Below, piece after piece: positions 49,681 through 62,923 of a DNA stretch of 64,000 bases; position 1 is the stretch's first letter, and every line of letters begins with the position of its first letter. A model generated the notes under the pieces. It was not told where the DNA came from. It made no database searches and saw only the letters and a program-made list of their open reading frames with translations. A program made the position numbers and the translations under genes. The DNA comes from an uncultured Chloroflexia bacterium (GTDB lineage: Bacteria > Chloroflexota > Limnocylindria > Limnocylindrales > CSP1-4). Location of the stretch: assembly GCA_963813535.1 (NCBI GenBank), contig CAWEZH010000002.1, positions 416,001 to 480,000 of the forward strand. The letters are read 5' to 3'.

Positions 49681-51680
49681 TGTCGATCCTGCGGCTGGCC
49701 GGGGTCACGCGCGAGATCGGCGCGTTCACGATCCTCGATGCGATCGACGCCGCGGTCGCCCTCGGGGACCGGATCGGCCTGGTCGGGCCGAACGGTGCGG
49801 GCAAGACCACGCTGCTGCGCCTCGCGGCTGGGACCGACGAGCCTGACCGCGGCACCGTCAGCCACAAGCGCGCGCTGTCGATCGGCCTGCTGGCCCAGGA
49901 GGCACATCTCGACGCGGTCTTCATGGCCTCCCCGGACCTGCGGGCGGCCGTCCGCGCGGGTGCCGCGCACCTGGAGGTCATGGCCGAAGAGCTCGCGACC
50001 ATCGAACGCGCCGGCCGGGCGACGGATCCCGCCTATGCCGACCTCCAGCATCGCTTCGAGGTCCTCGGCGGCTACACGCTCGATCAGCGGGTCGATGCCG
50101 CGCTGAGCGGCCTCGGGTTCGCCCAGGAGGAGTGGTCCAAGCCGCCCACCGCCCTGTCCGGCGGCGAGCAGACGCGAGCGGCACTCGCCCGCCTGGTCAT
50201 CGCCGATCCGGACCTGCTCCTGCTCGACGAGCCGACCAATCACCTCGACCTGGGCGCCCTCGAATGGCTCGAGGACCACCTTCGCCGCCGCGCCGGGTCA
50301 CTGCTGGTCGCCTCGCACGACCGGGCGTTCCTGGACGCGACCGTGACACGGATCTGGGAGTTGCGGGATCGCCACCTGACGGCGTTCCGTGGCGACTACA
50401 GCGCGTACCGGCGCCAGCGCGAAGAACGTGACACGCGCGCGGTGAAGGAGGCCGACACCCAGGCCGAGCAGATCGAGCGTGAGCGCGAGCTGGTCCAGCG
50501 CTACCGGAGCCATCGCAAGTTCAACAAGATGCACGAGCACGAGGCACGACTCGAGCGTCTCCTCGCCGAACGCCGGGAGGCGCCGCGCTCCGGGCGCAAG
50601 CTCGCCTTACCCCAGGCCTCGCTCGTCGGCGCCGGTCCGGCGCGATCGGGTGAGATCGTCGTCCGGGTCGAGGAGCTGGTGGTCGGCTACCTGCCGGGCC
50701 GCGGCGCCGTCGATGCCGACGGCAGGCCCGCCACCGAGCCACGGGTCGTCGCGCACGCCCCGTTCCTGGCGGCGCAACGCGGCGACCGGATCGGCATCGT
50801 CGGTCCGAACGGGGCCGGCAAGACCACGCTGCTGCGCACGATCGCCGGGGAGCTGTCACCGCTCGATGGGGCGCTGACCTTCGGCAACGCCGTGCAGATC
50901 GGCTACCTCGCCCAACTCCGACGTGCCGCGATCGCCGGCGAGACCGTCCTCGACGCGCTGGTCGGCACGATCCCGGTGACGCCGGGCGAGGCACGCTCGT
51001 ACCTCGCCAGGTTCCTGTTCCGCGGCGACGACGTGCTCAAGGAGGTCCGCACCCTGTCGGGCGGCGAGCGGTCGCGACTCGAGCTGGCGCTGCTCGGGAT
51101 CCAGCCGTCGAACCTTCTGCTCCTGGACGAACCGACGAACCACCTGGACATCCCGGCACGAGAGGCCATCGAGGCCTTCATGCGCGAGTCGCCGGCGACC
51201 TTGCTGGTGGTGTCGCACGACCGGCGCCTGCTCGAGACGGTGTGCGACCGGCTCTGGGTCGTCGACGATGAGCGCGCGGTGCCGTTCGATGGCGGCTACC
51301 GGGCGTGGCGTTCCGCGGTCGCCGACGGCTGGACCACGAAGGACGCGGACAAGGCCCGACGGGCGCGACTGGCGGCGCCAGTGGCGACGGTGCCGGGTGT
51401 CCTGGCGCCCGCCAAGCCGACCGTCGCGAGGCCGGCCGCACGTCGCGCCCGCGGCGCGAAGCTCTCGAAAGACGCCTACCGCCGACAGAAGTCGGCGCTC
51501 GACGCCGAGCTGACACGGCTCGGGTTGCGCAAGAACCATCTCGAGCTGGCCATGGGCGATCCCTCGATCTCCGCCAACTTCGTCGAGCTTCGTCGGGTGA
51601 CGAGCGAGCTCGCCGATGTCACCGACGCACTCGGGGTCGCGGAGGATGCCTGGCTCGATCTGGAGGAGCGCGCACCCTGA
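49680..51680 (+). CDS. ABC-F family ATP-binding protein (Uup/YdiF-like)
   Basis: Two sets of GPNGAGKTT, LSGGE and LDEPTNHLD; no TM; C-terminal coiled coil. Confidence 0.93.
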   Translation: MSILRLAGVTREIGAFTILDAIDAAVALGDRIGLVGPNGAGKTTLLRLAAGTDEPDRGTVSHKRALSIGLLAQEAHLDAVFMASPDLRAAVRAGAAHLEVMAEELATIERAGRATDPAYADLQHRFEVLGGYTLDQRVDAALSGLGFAQEEWSKPPTALSGGEQTRAALARLVIADPDLLLLDEPTNHLDLGALEWLEDHLRRRAGSLLVASHDRAFLDATVTRIWELRDRHLTAFRGDYSAYRRQREERDTRAVKEADTQAEQIERERELVQRYRSHRKFNKMHEHEARLERLLAERREAPRSGRKLALPQASLVGAGPARSGEIVVRVEELVVGYLPGRGAVDADGRPATEPRVVAHAPFLAAQRGDRIGIVGPNGAGKTTLLRTIAGELSPLDGALTFGNAVQIGYLAQLRRAAIAGETVLDALVGTIPVTPGEARSYLARFLFRGDDVLKEVRTLSGGERSRLELALLGIQPSNLLLLDEPTNHLDIPAREAIEAFMRESPATLLVVSHDRRLLETVCDRLWVVDDERAVPFDGGYRAWRSAVADGWTTKDADKARRARLAAPVATVPGVLAPAKPTVARPAARRARGAKLSKDAYRRQKSALDAELTRLGLRKNHLELAMGDPSISANFVELRRVTSELADVTDALGVAEDAWLDLEERAP

Positions 51681-52282
51681 TGCTACGCATCGGCATCACC
51701 GGCCCGATCGGCTGCGGCAAGTCGACCGTCGCGAGTTGGCTAGGCGAGCACGCCGATGTGTGCGTGATCGACGCCGACCATGTCGCCCGGCTCGTGCTGG
51801 CGCCCGAGACGCCCGAGGTAGAGGCTGTGTATGCGCGGTTCGGCGAGGCGCTTCGTCGACCGAGCGGCGAACTCGATCGCGCGGCACTCGGGCGCATCGT
51901 GTTCGCCGACGACGTGGCTCTGCGCGACCTCGAGGCGATCGTCCATCCGGCCGTGCGTCCACGCATCCTCGCCCAGATCGAGCGAGCCGAAGCGTCCGGC
52001 GCGCGAGCCGTCGTGATCGAGGCGATCAAGCTCGTGGAGGGCGGGCTGGCGGAGCTGTGCGACGAGGTATGGCTGGTCGCCTGCGACCCAGCGGTCCAGC
52101 TGGAGCGCTTGGTGGGTCGCGGCGATCCGGCGGACGATGCCTCGTCCCGCGTCGGTGCACAGCGCGACCTGGTCGAGCGACTGCGGGGCGCCGCAACGCT
52201 GATCGTCGATACGAGCGGCGAGCCCGTCGCGACCCGAACGATGGTCGACGGCCTCCTGGACGAGGCCCTGCGCTCCAAGTAG
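51680..52282 (+). CDS. coaE: Dephospho-CoA kinase
   Basis: IGITGPIGCGKSTV, IDAD, LDRAALGRIVF and LEAIVHP motifs. Confidence 0.95.
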   Translation: MLRIGITGPIGCGKSTVASWLGEHADVCVIDADHVARLVLAPETPEVEAVYARFGEALRRPSGELDRAALGRIVFADDVALRDLEAIVHPAVRPRILAQIERAEASGARAVVIEAIKLVEGGLAELCDEVWLVACDPAVQLERLVGRGDPADDASSRVGAQRDLVERLRGAATLIVDTSGEPVATRTMVDGLLDEALRSK

Positions 52283-52340
52283 GCCCGCATCGCGAACTCC
52301 GAACGTGGCGGACGGCGACGCTCGTTGACGCAAGGCGGCC

Positions 52341-52370
52341 GCCCGGACCACCGAGGATGGCGGTCCGGGC
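52341..52370 (-). terminator. Hairpin between convergent coaE and cpaB
   Basis: Minus strand GCCCGGACCGCC-atcctc-GGTGGTCCGGGC, a 12 bp stem. Confidence 0.5.
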
Positions 52371-52430
52371 AGCCCGGAGGTGCGCCGGGTCAGCGGCGCG
52401 AAATGGAATCGATGTCCGTCCGGCGCGGGG

Positions 52431-53333
52431 CTACGAGGGACTCGCCGAAGGTGACGCCGACGTCCTTGGCGATTCCGATGGTGACGGTGTCGGGACCGGC
52501 GTAGGTCGCGCTGTCGGGATCGGACCGGAGACCGGCGGGAACGCCACCGGGACCGGCAGGCCGTAGCGGATGATCACCTTGTTGGTGGTCGTTCCCAATG
52601 CAGATGCGTCGACCATGCGCGTATCGACGTCCGGCCTGAGGGCGAGGCTGAACGAGGCCGACCCGCTGGCCTGCAGATGCGATATCTCCTCGGCGACATC
52701 GACCGGTGCCTTGAGCACGTAGAAGGTTCCGGACTTGGCCAGCAGCAGCATGTTCTGGTACGACAGCTTCGTCGACTTGTCCGTGTAGAACCCGTCCTCG
52801 CCCAAGCCGGTAGAGGAGTCGGTCAGGACGTTGACGCTGGCGGTCACGAACACATCGACCGTCTGGTTGGCGATCAATAGCCCGCCGACCGCCCGGTCGT
52901 CGGGCACGGTCAGCGAGATCGCCCGCCAGTCGGGCGAATCGGCCGCGATCACATCAGCCGGGCCCAGGACCGAGAACTGCCCGCCTTCGGTGCTCGAGGC
53001 AAGTAGGTTGGTCAGGACCATCTGGCCCTGCAGGATGGCGACCGCGGGGACGCGCCCGATGACCTTGTCCGGCGTCGAGGCGATGCCCTGTGCGTTCGTG
53101 TCGTCGAGCGGGATCTCGCGAACGAGCACGTCGGTCGCCTCGATGATCTTGCGCGCCGGGATCGTCTTTGCGGCGACGACGACCGCGACCCGCTGCAGAC
53201 CGGCCCCGCCGGCCTGCTGCTGGGCCTGATTGATGAGGAAGAACGCTGCGCCGCCGGCGAAGACGGCGAGGATGACGCCGATGACGAGGATCCATCGACC
53301 CCGACGACTGGGGTCCTTGTATTCCATCTCCAC
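52431..53333 (-). CDS. cpaB: Flp pilus assembly protein CpaB/RcpC (SAF domain)
   Basis: N-terminal TM, SAF domain VVVAAKTIPA, RAISLTV..AVGGLL..VDVFVT and SLALRP motifs. Confidence 0.85.
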   Translation of the reverse strand: MEMEYKDPSRRGRWILVIGVILAVFAGGAAFFLINQAQQQAGGAGLQRVAVVVAAKTIPARKIIEATDVLVREIPLDDTNAQGIASTPDKVIGRVPAVAILQGQMVLTNLLASSTEGGQFSVLGPADVIAADSPDWRAISLTVPDDRAVGGLLIANQTVDVFVTASVNVLTDSSTGLGEDGFYTDKSTKLSYQNMLLLAKSGTFYVLKAPVDVAEEISHLQASGSASFSLALRPDVDTRMVDASALGTTTNKVIIRYGLPVPVAFPPVSGPIPTARPTPVPTPSPSESPRTSASPSASPS

Positions 53334-53373
53334 GTGGGATGCCTCCGAAAGGGTTGGTGCCGTGCCCGCCCGG

Positions 53374-55287
53374 CTAGTTCCAGGGCACGAGTCGCGCCAC
53401 CTGACCGCGGCGCAACGCGGGATCGTTCATGTCGGCGTACACCCCAGAGATCGCGTAGCCGTTGATCGCATTGCTATCGACTGATGTGATCCGGAACGTG
53501 CTGAAGCCAAGGATGTCGACGTACTCGTTCGAGGTGCTGGCGGTCGCGATCGCGACCGTGATGGGAACCATCCGGGTCACCGGCTGGCCGACCGAATTGA
53601 TGCCGGACACGCGGAGCGACAGCGAATAGACGCCCGGCCCGAGCGTGCCGCCGCTGACGGACACGGTCGCGGTCGACGACGTGCCCTTGTTGAGCGTGAT
53701 GGTCGATGGGCTGACCGACACCGTGCCGATGCCCGTCGGCAGGACCCCGTTGGCATCCGCGCCACCCTCGACGGTGAGGCTGACCGGGCCGCCGAAGAAC
53801 GTGCCGTTGTTGTTGGTCGTGCTGACGGTGACGCCGCTCGTGCCCGTCCCGCCGGTCGAGGGGATCAGGATCGCGGCGCCGCCACTCGTCGAGAAGTCGC
53901 GGTTGACGCTGCCGATCGAGATGCCGACCGGATAGAAGTGGTCGAGGAGCACGGGACTCGACGAATGGCCCTGGATCCAGGCCGTGTACACGCCCTGCGG
54001 CGCACCGGTCGTCTGGAACGTCGACCATGTCACCGTCCCGTTCGGCGTGAGCGGGCTAGGGCTGAACGTCATCGGGGTCAGCGTCGTGCCCCACGGATGC
54101 GCCGGCTCGCTCCAGTTCGGGAAGGCGCTCGTCGCGACGACGCCGGTGAAGGACGCGTTCTTCGTCACGCTCATCGTGATCGAGTTGTTGCGCGTCTGGT
54201 TGGTGTTGATCGTGACGGTGCTAGGGACTACGTAGCTGAAATCCGGGATGCTCGACACGGTCCCGGAGTAGACGGCTGCCAGGATCTCGTCGCCTGGGTT
54301 GTACCGGTCGTTGATCGCGTCGATGATGATCCCGGAGGAGTTGCCGTCGATGATCGCGACTTGGTCGTTGGGGTCGGGTGGGACCGTGACTGGCGGGAAG
54401 TCGGGTCCCGGGTAGCCGGTGGCCACCCAGCCGGCCTCCATGGCTTTGAGCGTGTTCGCATTCGTGCCTGCGGAAACGCCGTTGTAGAACACGTTCGAGG
54501 GCGGCGATGCGTATTGGAAGTTGCGGATGTCCAAGGCCACGAAGCCGCGGAAGCTCGCGGCGTTCGACGGGGCGGATCCCTGCCCGACGAGGGCGATGAT
54601 CGGCCCGTGATTGACAGGATCGTCGTCCGGGGTCGTTCCGTTGAACGGCAGGCCAGGATTGGGGGTCGAGCGAAGGGACCCGTCCGTGGCGCTGCCGAGG
54701 CACGATGTGTTCGCCGTCGCGACGAGATCCTGGAAGTGGTTGGTGTTCCCGTCGCACGGAGCGACCGCGCCGACGAACGGACCGGGGGCGTTGATGTAGT
54801 GACGGACGGCGATCGGGAGCAGGTCGCCCTTCGTGGCGACGAGCGCCTTGCCGCCGAGGACCGCCGAGCTCAGCCCGATCACCCGGCCGAACGTGTATGA
54901 GACGTTGCTCTTGATCGCGACGCGGACGTCACCGCCGCTGATCAGGATCCCGCTCGACAGGTACATCGGGTCACCGGGGTGGCCGGTCTCATACTGCGGC
55001 GTCAGCGCCACCGAGGCCACCGTCCCGGTCGGACTCCCTATGAGGTTGCGGGTCAGGATGTCGCGGCCCTCGGCCTCCGCGTCGGTCGTGGACTCGCCGC
55101 GGATCAGCGCGTTTGCGATCGCCAGGGCCCCGGCGTCGGCTGCGTTCTGGAGGAATCGCTTCTCGCTGTAGAACCGCCCGATGTCGAACGCCAGCCCGGC
55201 GGCCGCCATGATGCCGACCAGCGCCATCGCGAAGAGCACCAGGATCTGACCCGGCTGCCGACGGCGGCTGACGCGAGGCCGGGCCAT
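53374..55287 (-). CDS. TadG-like pilus assembly protein / adhesin with Ig-like insert
   Basis: GQILVLFAM..GLAFDIG..LQNAADAGALA (Tad N-terminal signature); Thr/Ser-rich beta-sandwich region; ends ARLVPWN. Confidence 0.85.
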   Translation of the reverse strand: MARPRVSRRRQPGQILVLFAMALVGIMAAAGLAFDIGRFYSEKRFLQNAADAGALAIANALIRGESTTDAEAEGRDILTRNLIGSPTGTVASVALTPQYETGHPGDPMYLSSGILISGGDVRVAIKSNVSYTFGRVIGLSSAVLGGKALVATKGDLLPIAVRHYINAPGPFVGAVAPCDGNTNHFQDLVATANTSCLGSATDGSLRSTPNPGLPFNGTTPDDDPVNHGPIIALVGQGSAPSNAASFRGFVALDIRNFQYASPPSNVFYNGVSAGTNANTLKAMEAGWVATGYPGPDFPPVTVPPDPNDQVAIIDGNSSGIIIDAINDRYNPGDEILAAVYSGTVSSIPDFSYVVPSTVTINTNQTRNNSITMSVTKNASFTGVVATSAFPNWSEPAHPWGTTLTPMTFSPSPLTPNGTVTWSTFQTTGAPQGVYTAWIQGHSSSPVLLDHFYPVGISIGSVNRDFSTSGGAAILIPSTGGTGTSGVTVSTTNNNGTFFGGPVSLTVEGGADANGVLPTGIGTVSVSPSTITLNKGTSSTATVSVSGGTLGPGVYSLSLRVSGINSVGQPVTRMVPITVAIATASTSNEYVDILGFSTFRITSVDSNAINGYAISGVYADMNDPALRRGQVARLVPWN

Positions 55288-55805
55288 CAGTTGGCCACCA
55301 TCGTCACTTCGGATGTCAGGCCGAGGCGACCGTTCATGTCCTTGGGCAGGAATTGGGGGATCAGCGGGATCACGAGATCCTGGTGGTAGGTCGCCCGGAT
55401 GGTGATGTGATAGCCCACCCGGGCGTCGGTGTCGGTCGTGCCGCCGGGGAGCAGGTAGGTCACCACGAGATCGCCGTTGGTGAAGGTGTTGCCGGTTTGC
55501 GTCCATGTCCCTGACGTCGCGAAGTTCGGCGAGGTCTTGGACAGCAGGTTCATCGACGCAAGCAGGGACGTCTTGATGAACTCGTTGCGGGCGAGGTCGT
55601 TCTGCGTCTTCGACATCGCAGCGTCGTACACATAGACGGTCCCGTTCCGCGCTCCCTCGCGCGTCGCATTGGTCAGCGTGACGAAGGCGTTGAAGATGAA
55701 CCCGAACTGGATGATCGCGAGCACGATGATGAACAGTGGCATCAGGACGAGGGAGAACTCGACCAAGCTCTGACCTCGATGATGGGGGCGACGACGGGAC
55801 CGCAT
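55287..55805 (-). CDS. TadE family pseudopilin
   Basis: RGQSLVEFSLV and NATREGAR motifs. Confidence 0.9.
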   Translation of the reverse strand: MRSRRRPHHRGQSLVEFSLVLMPLFIIVLAIIQFGFIFNAFVTLTNATREGARNGTVYVYDAAMSKTQNDLARNEFIKTSLLASMNLLSKTSPNFATSGTWTQTGNTFTNGDLVVTYLLPGGTTDTDARVGYHITIRATYHQDLVIPLIPQFLPKDMNGRLGLTSEVTMVAN

Positions 55806-55919
55806 CGGCGACAGTGGTTCTCTAGCGTGCTGTGGCCCCGAGTGTCGGGCCCGGATGGCCGGCATCGGTATGAGTCATTCGTCCCCACCACGCTGGCCGA
55901 GAGGGGCATCCGCGGATGC

Positions 55920-55931
55920 GAACGTTCGTTC
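55920..55931. promoter_or_regulatory. LexA box (GAAC-N4-GTTC) upstream of uvrB
   Basis: cGAACgttcGTTCt, followed by TAGACT at 55951 and GTG at 55963. Confidence 0.75.
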
Positions 55932-55962
55932 TGTACTGCGGGGCCCCGTGTAGACTGGACCG

Positions 55963-58342
55963 GTGCCCGACTTCGAACTTGTCGCCCCGTTCGAGCCGAC
56001 GGGGGATCAGCCAGCCGCCATCGACCGCCTGACCGACGGCCTCGCCCGAGGCCAGAAGGGACCAGGTGCTGCTCGGCGCGACCGGCACCGGAAAGACCGC
56101 GACGCTGGCCTGGACGATCGCGAAGCACAACAAGCCGACGCTGGTGCTGGCCCACAACAAGACGCTTGCCGCCCAGCTGTACGCCGAGTTCCGGGAGTTC
56201 TTCCCGAACAACGCCGTCGAGTACTTCGTCAGCTACTTCGACTACTACCAGCCCGAGGCGTACCTGCCCCGGAGCGACACCTACATCGAGAAGGACTCGT
56301 CGCGCAACGACGAGATCGATCGGCTCCGCCATGCCGCGACGCATGCGCTGTTCGAGCGGCGGGACGTGATCATCGTCGCCAGCGTCTCGTGTATCTACGG
56401 CCTGGGCGCGCCGGTCGACTACGGCGCGACCGTGTTGAAGCTGCGCCAGGGGGGCAAGTACCGGCGCGACGCTGTCCTCCGCCACCTCGTCGATCTCCAG
56501 TACCAGCGCAACGACCAGGCACTCGGTCGCGCCCGCTTCCGGGTCCGTGGCGACACCCTCGAGCTCCAGCCGGCGTCAGAGGAGTTCGTGGTCCGGGTCG
56601 AGTTCTTCGGCGACGAAGTCGAGCGCATCACCGAGCTCGATCCGCTGACCGGGGAGCTGCTCGCGGAGCGCCGCGAGACCAACATCTATCCGGCGACCCA
56701 CTTCGTGACGCCGGCCGACAAGCTGCGCGAGGCCGTCGTCGACATCGAGGCGGAGATGGAGGTGCGCGTCGGCGAGCTGGAGCGTGAGGGCCGGGCGCTC
56801 GAGGCCGCCCGGCTTCGCCAGCGGACGACGTTCGATCTGGAGATGCTGCGCGAGCTCGGCTATTGCACCGGCGTCGAGAACTATTCGCGTCATCTCGCCC
56901 GACGTGAGGCCGGTTCGCGGCCGTGGACGCTGCTCGACTACTTCCCGCCGGACTGGCTGCTCGTCGTCGACGAATCGCACATGACGATCCCGCAGGTCGT
57001 CGGCATGTACAAGAACGACCGAACCCGCAAGGAGATCCTGGTCGACTTCGGTTTCCGGCTCCCGTCCGCGCTCGACAATCGGCCGCTGACCTTCGAGGAG
57101 TTCGAGTCGTCGGTCAACCAGGCCGTGTACATGAGCGCGACGCCCGGGCCGTACGAGCTCGAGCGAAGCAAGGGCCAGATCGTCCAGCAGCTCATCCGGC
57201 CGACCGGCATCGTCGATCCGCCGGTGACCATCAAGCCGACCGAGGGCCAGATCGACGACCTGCTCGAGGAGATCCGGACGCGCGTCGAGCGCGGCGAGCG
57301 CGCGCTGGTCACGACGCTGACCAAGAAGATGGCCGAGGACCTGACCGACTACCTCAAGGAGCTCGGGGTCAAGGTCCAGTACCTCCATAGCGAGGTGGAC
57401 ACGCTGGAGCGCGTCGCGATCCTGCGCGACCTGCGCCTCGGCGTGTTCGACGTGCTCGTCGGCATCAACCTGCTGCGCGAGGGCATCGACCTGCCCGAGG
57501 TCACGCTTGTCGCCATCCTTGACGCCGACAAGGAGGGCTTCCTGCGATCGGCGTGGTCGCTGATCCAGATGATCGGCCGGGCCGCGCGGAACATCGGTGG
57601 CGAAGTGATCATGTACGCGGACAAGGTCACGGAGTCGATGCAGGTCGCCATCGACGAGACAGACCGCCGCCGCGCCGTCCAGGACGCCTACAACATCGAG
57701 AAGGGCATCGAGCCCACGACGATCGTGAAGGGCATCCACGACCTGAACCAGCGCCTGCGGGCCGTCGCCGAGTCGACCATCGTCTACACCTCCGAGCGCG
57801 AGGGCGGCCGGCCGTTCGACGAGTCCGATCGCGTCAAGGTCGAGGCCCTCGTCAACCGGATGGAGGCCGAGATGCGGGGCGCCGCCAAGGAGCTCGAGTT
57901 CGAGCGGGCGGCCGCGCTCCGGGACGAGATCCAGCAGATCCGCCTGCGGGTGCTGGAGCAGGACGCCTCGGTGACGGTCGCGAGGGCGGCTGAGCGGGCG
58001 GCCCAGGACAAGGGTCGGGCGGCGACGGGCCTGACGGGTGCTGCAGACCGGGCGCGTGGACGCCGAGCCGCGGACGAGCTGGCCGCATCGACACCGTTGC
58101 TCGAGGTCACGAGCGTCACCGTACTGCCCGCCGAGGAGGAGCCCGGCGAGTCGCTCGACGGCGAGCCGGGGGGCGCCGACACCGCGTCCGACTGGCTGCC
58201 CGGGATCCGTGACGAGCACGAGGATGAGGCGGGCTGGCAGGCACGCTGGCTGGACCGGCCGACATGGGACCGGACGGTCACCCCGAACATCCGCAAGCGC
58301 ACCGGCCAACGACCGGTCCGATCGGGCCGCCGGCGGAGCTAG
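55963..58342 (+). CDS. uvrB: Excinuclease ABC subunit B; +1 G at 56058-56060 splits the N-terminus
   Basis: [20 protein letters not shown] joins [10 protein letters not shown] if one G is removed; [23 protein letters not shown] and UVR domain motifs. Confidence 0.96.
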
Positions 58343-58599
58343 GCGGGCTGCCGGCGGGCGGATCGGGCTGGCAAACGCGGCGTCGGCACGGCCGCCGTGA
58401 ACTCTCCCGTAATCGCCGCATCACTGCAACGGAAGCCGGCTTCCGATGGGCGCGCAGGCACCTCGGACACGCCATCCTCGAGGTCGGATAACGACACGCC
58501 GGGCGGACGGTGTCTGCACGCACCGCTTCCTTGGCCGGAGGGCCTCCAAAGCGAAGATTCGGTGGTGCAGACGGGGCAGGTCCGGGCTAGTTTGGTGGG

Positions 58600-58911
58600 G
58601 TGTTGCTACGCTTCGTGACCCTCGCGATCGCGCAGGCATTCGACTTCGCGACGTTCAACGTCATGGTCGGCTCACACGGCCCTGGCGCCGAGGCGAATCC
58701 ACTGATCCAGAGCATGTTCATGACGCTCGGGACGCCCGCGGTCGCATTCGTGAAGGTGGCCCTGGTGACACTGATCGTGGCCCTTGGCATCGCGGCGGCG
58801 GTCCGTGGCGGCCAGGGTCGATGGCGGGTCGTCGGTGGCATGCCGCTGGCCCTCGGGATCACGGCCGGGCTCATCGGTGGGATCACCAACGCGGCGGTGC
58901 TGCTGCGCTAG
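58600..58911 (+). CDS. Small membrane protein (DUF5658-like)
   Basis: AQAFDFATF..GAEANPLI..FVKVAL; 3 TM segments; TAGTTT 6 nt upstream. Confidence 0.7.
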   Translation: MLLRFVTLAIAQAFDFATFNVMVGSHGPGAEANPLIQSMFMTLGTPAVAFVKVALVTLIVALGIAAAVRGGQGRWRVVGGMPLALGITAGLIGGITNAAVLLR

Positions 58912-58943
58912 TCGGGCACCCGAACGACCCGAAGCCCGCGAGC

Positions 58944-58955
58944 GAACACCTGTTC
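58944..58955. promoter_or_regulatory. LexA box (GAAC-N4-GTTC) upstream of uvrA
   Basis: cGAACacctGTTCc, followed by TAGACT at 58974 and GTG at 58986. Confidence 0.8.
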
Positions 58956-58985
58956 CAAATGGCCGAAATCGGCTAGACTTCACTC

Positions 58986-62066
<3,081 letters not shown>

Positions 62067-62148
62067 CGGGCGCCGAGCCGCCTCGAGCACCGGACGGAAC
62101 CCCTCCTTCCGTGTCGTAGGCGCCCCGACCAGCGGCTAGGATAGCCAC

Positions 62149-62595
62149 GTGCCGGACATCGATTTCGCCTTCCTGGCCGACGCGGCCGAGACGATCCCTG
62201 GCCAGAAATTCCACGTCCTCGGCGGGGGGATCGCGCGCATCGGTGGCCGCCGCTTCCCGCTGCGCCACCCCCATCTGGCGCTGGTGATCGGCCTCCAGGT
62301 GACAGCCCCTGAGACCGAGCGGGAGCACGACATCCGTTTCGTCCTGCTGGATCCCGATGGGGCTGAGGTCGCCGGCGCGACCGGCAGCCTCGTTGCGAGG
62401 AGCCAGCGCGACGGCCGTGACGCGACGCTGACCTTCTCGATCGACCTGTGGAACCTGACCTTCCCAGCTCCCGGCGACTACTCCTTCCGCATCCTCGTCA
62501 ACGGTTCGGAGCGCAAGCGGTTGCCGTTGCTGCTGCTCGCGCCCCCCGACGGCGCCGCCGGCACGGAGTCGGCGACGACGCCAGCGGATGCCTGA
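62149..62595 (+). CDS. Conserved hypothetical protein (DUF6941-like beta-sandwich)
   Basis: DFAFLADAA..KFHVLGGG..FPAPGDYSFRILVNG; leaderless TAGGAT 6 nt upstream. Confidence 0.75.
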   Translation: MPDIDFAFLADAAETIPGQKFHVLGGGIARIGGRRFPLRHPHLALVIGLQVTAPETEREHDIRFVLLDPDGAEVAGATGSLVARSQRDGRDATLTFSIDLWNLTFPAPGDYSFRILVNGSERKRLPLLLLAPPDGAAGTESATTPADA

Positions 62596-62923
62596 GGGGA
62601 CACGGGCACGCGGGCTCGCCCGCCACGAACTCGGGGCGATCGACGACCTCGCGCTCATCGCGGCACGCCACGCGGACCGCATCCTGGCGGCCGCTCGCGA
62701 GCGACACGCCGATCGCTGGGCAACGTATCTCGAACCGCTGCCGGACCGACTCCGCGACGAGGGCCTGCCCGGCCTGCGGGCGACCGCCATGCGCGCCCGT
62801 GCCGCCTATGGCCCGAAGGACTCGGTGCGTGATGCGTTGCCGCCCGACGTGACCGAACCATTCCTGGACTCGATCGACCGGCTGCTGCGCGAGATCAACC
62901 GCGCGATGGCGCGGGGCTCGTGA
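62588..62923 (+). CDS. Hypothetical protein
   Basis: Overlaps the previous stop, typical codon usage, helical character. Confidence 0.6.
   Translation: MPEGTRARGLARHELGAIDDLALIAARHADRILAAARERHADRWATYLEPLPDRLRDEGLPGLRATAMRARAAYGPKDSVRDALPPDVTEPFLDSIDRLLREINRAMARGS

Noticed and set aside
58575-58590. CAGGTCCGG as part of SRP RNA
   Set aside because: Lacks the following AAGGAAGCAGC helix-8 sequence
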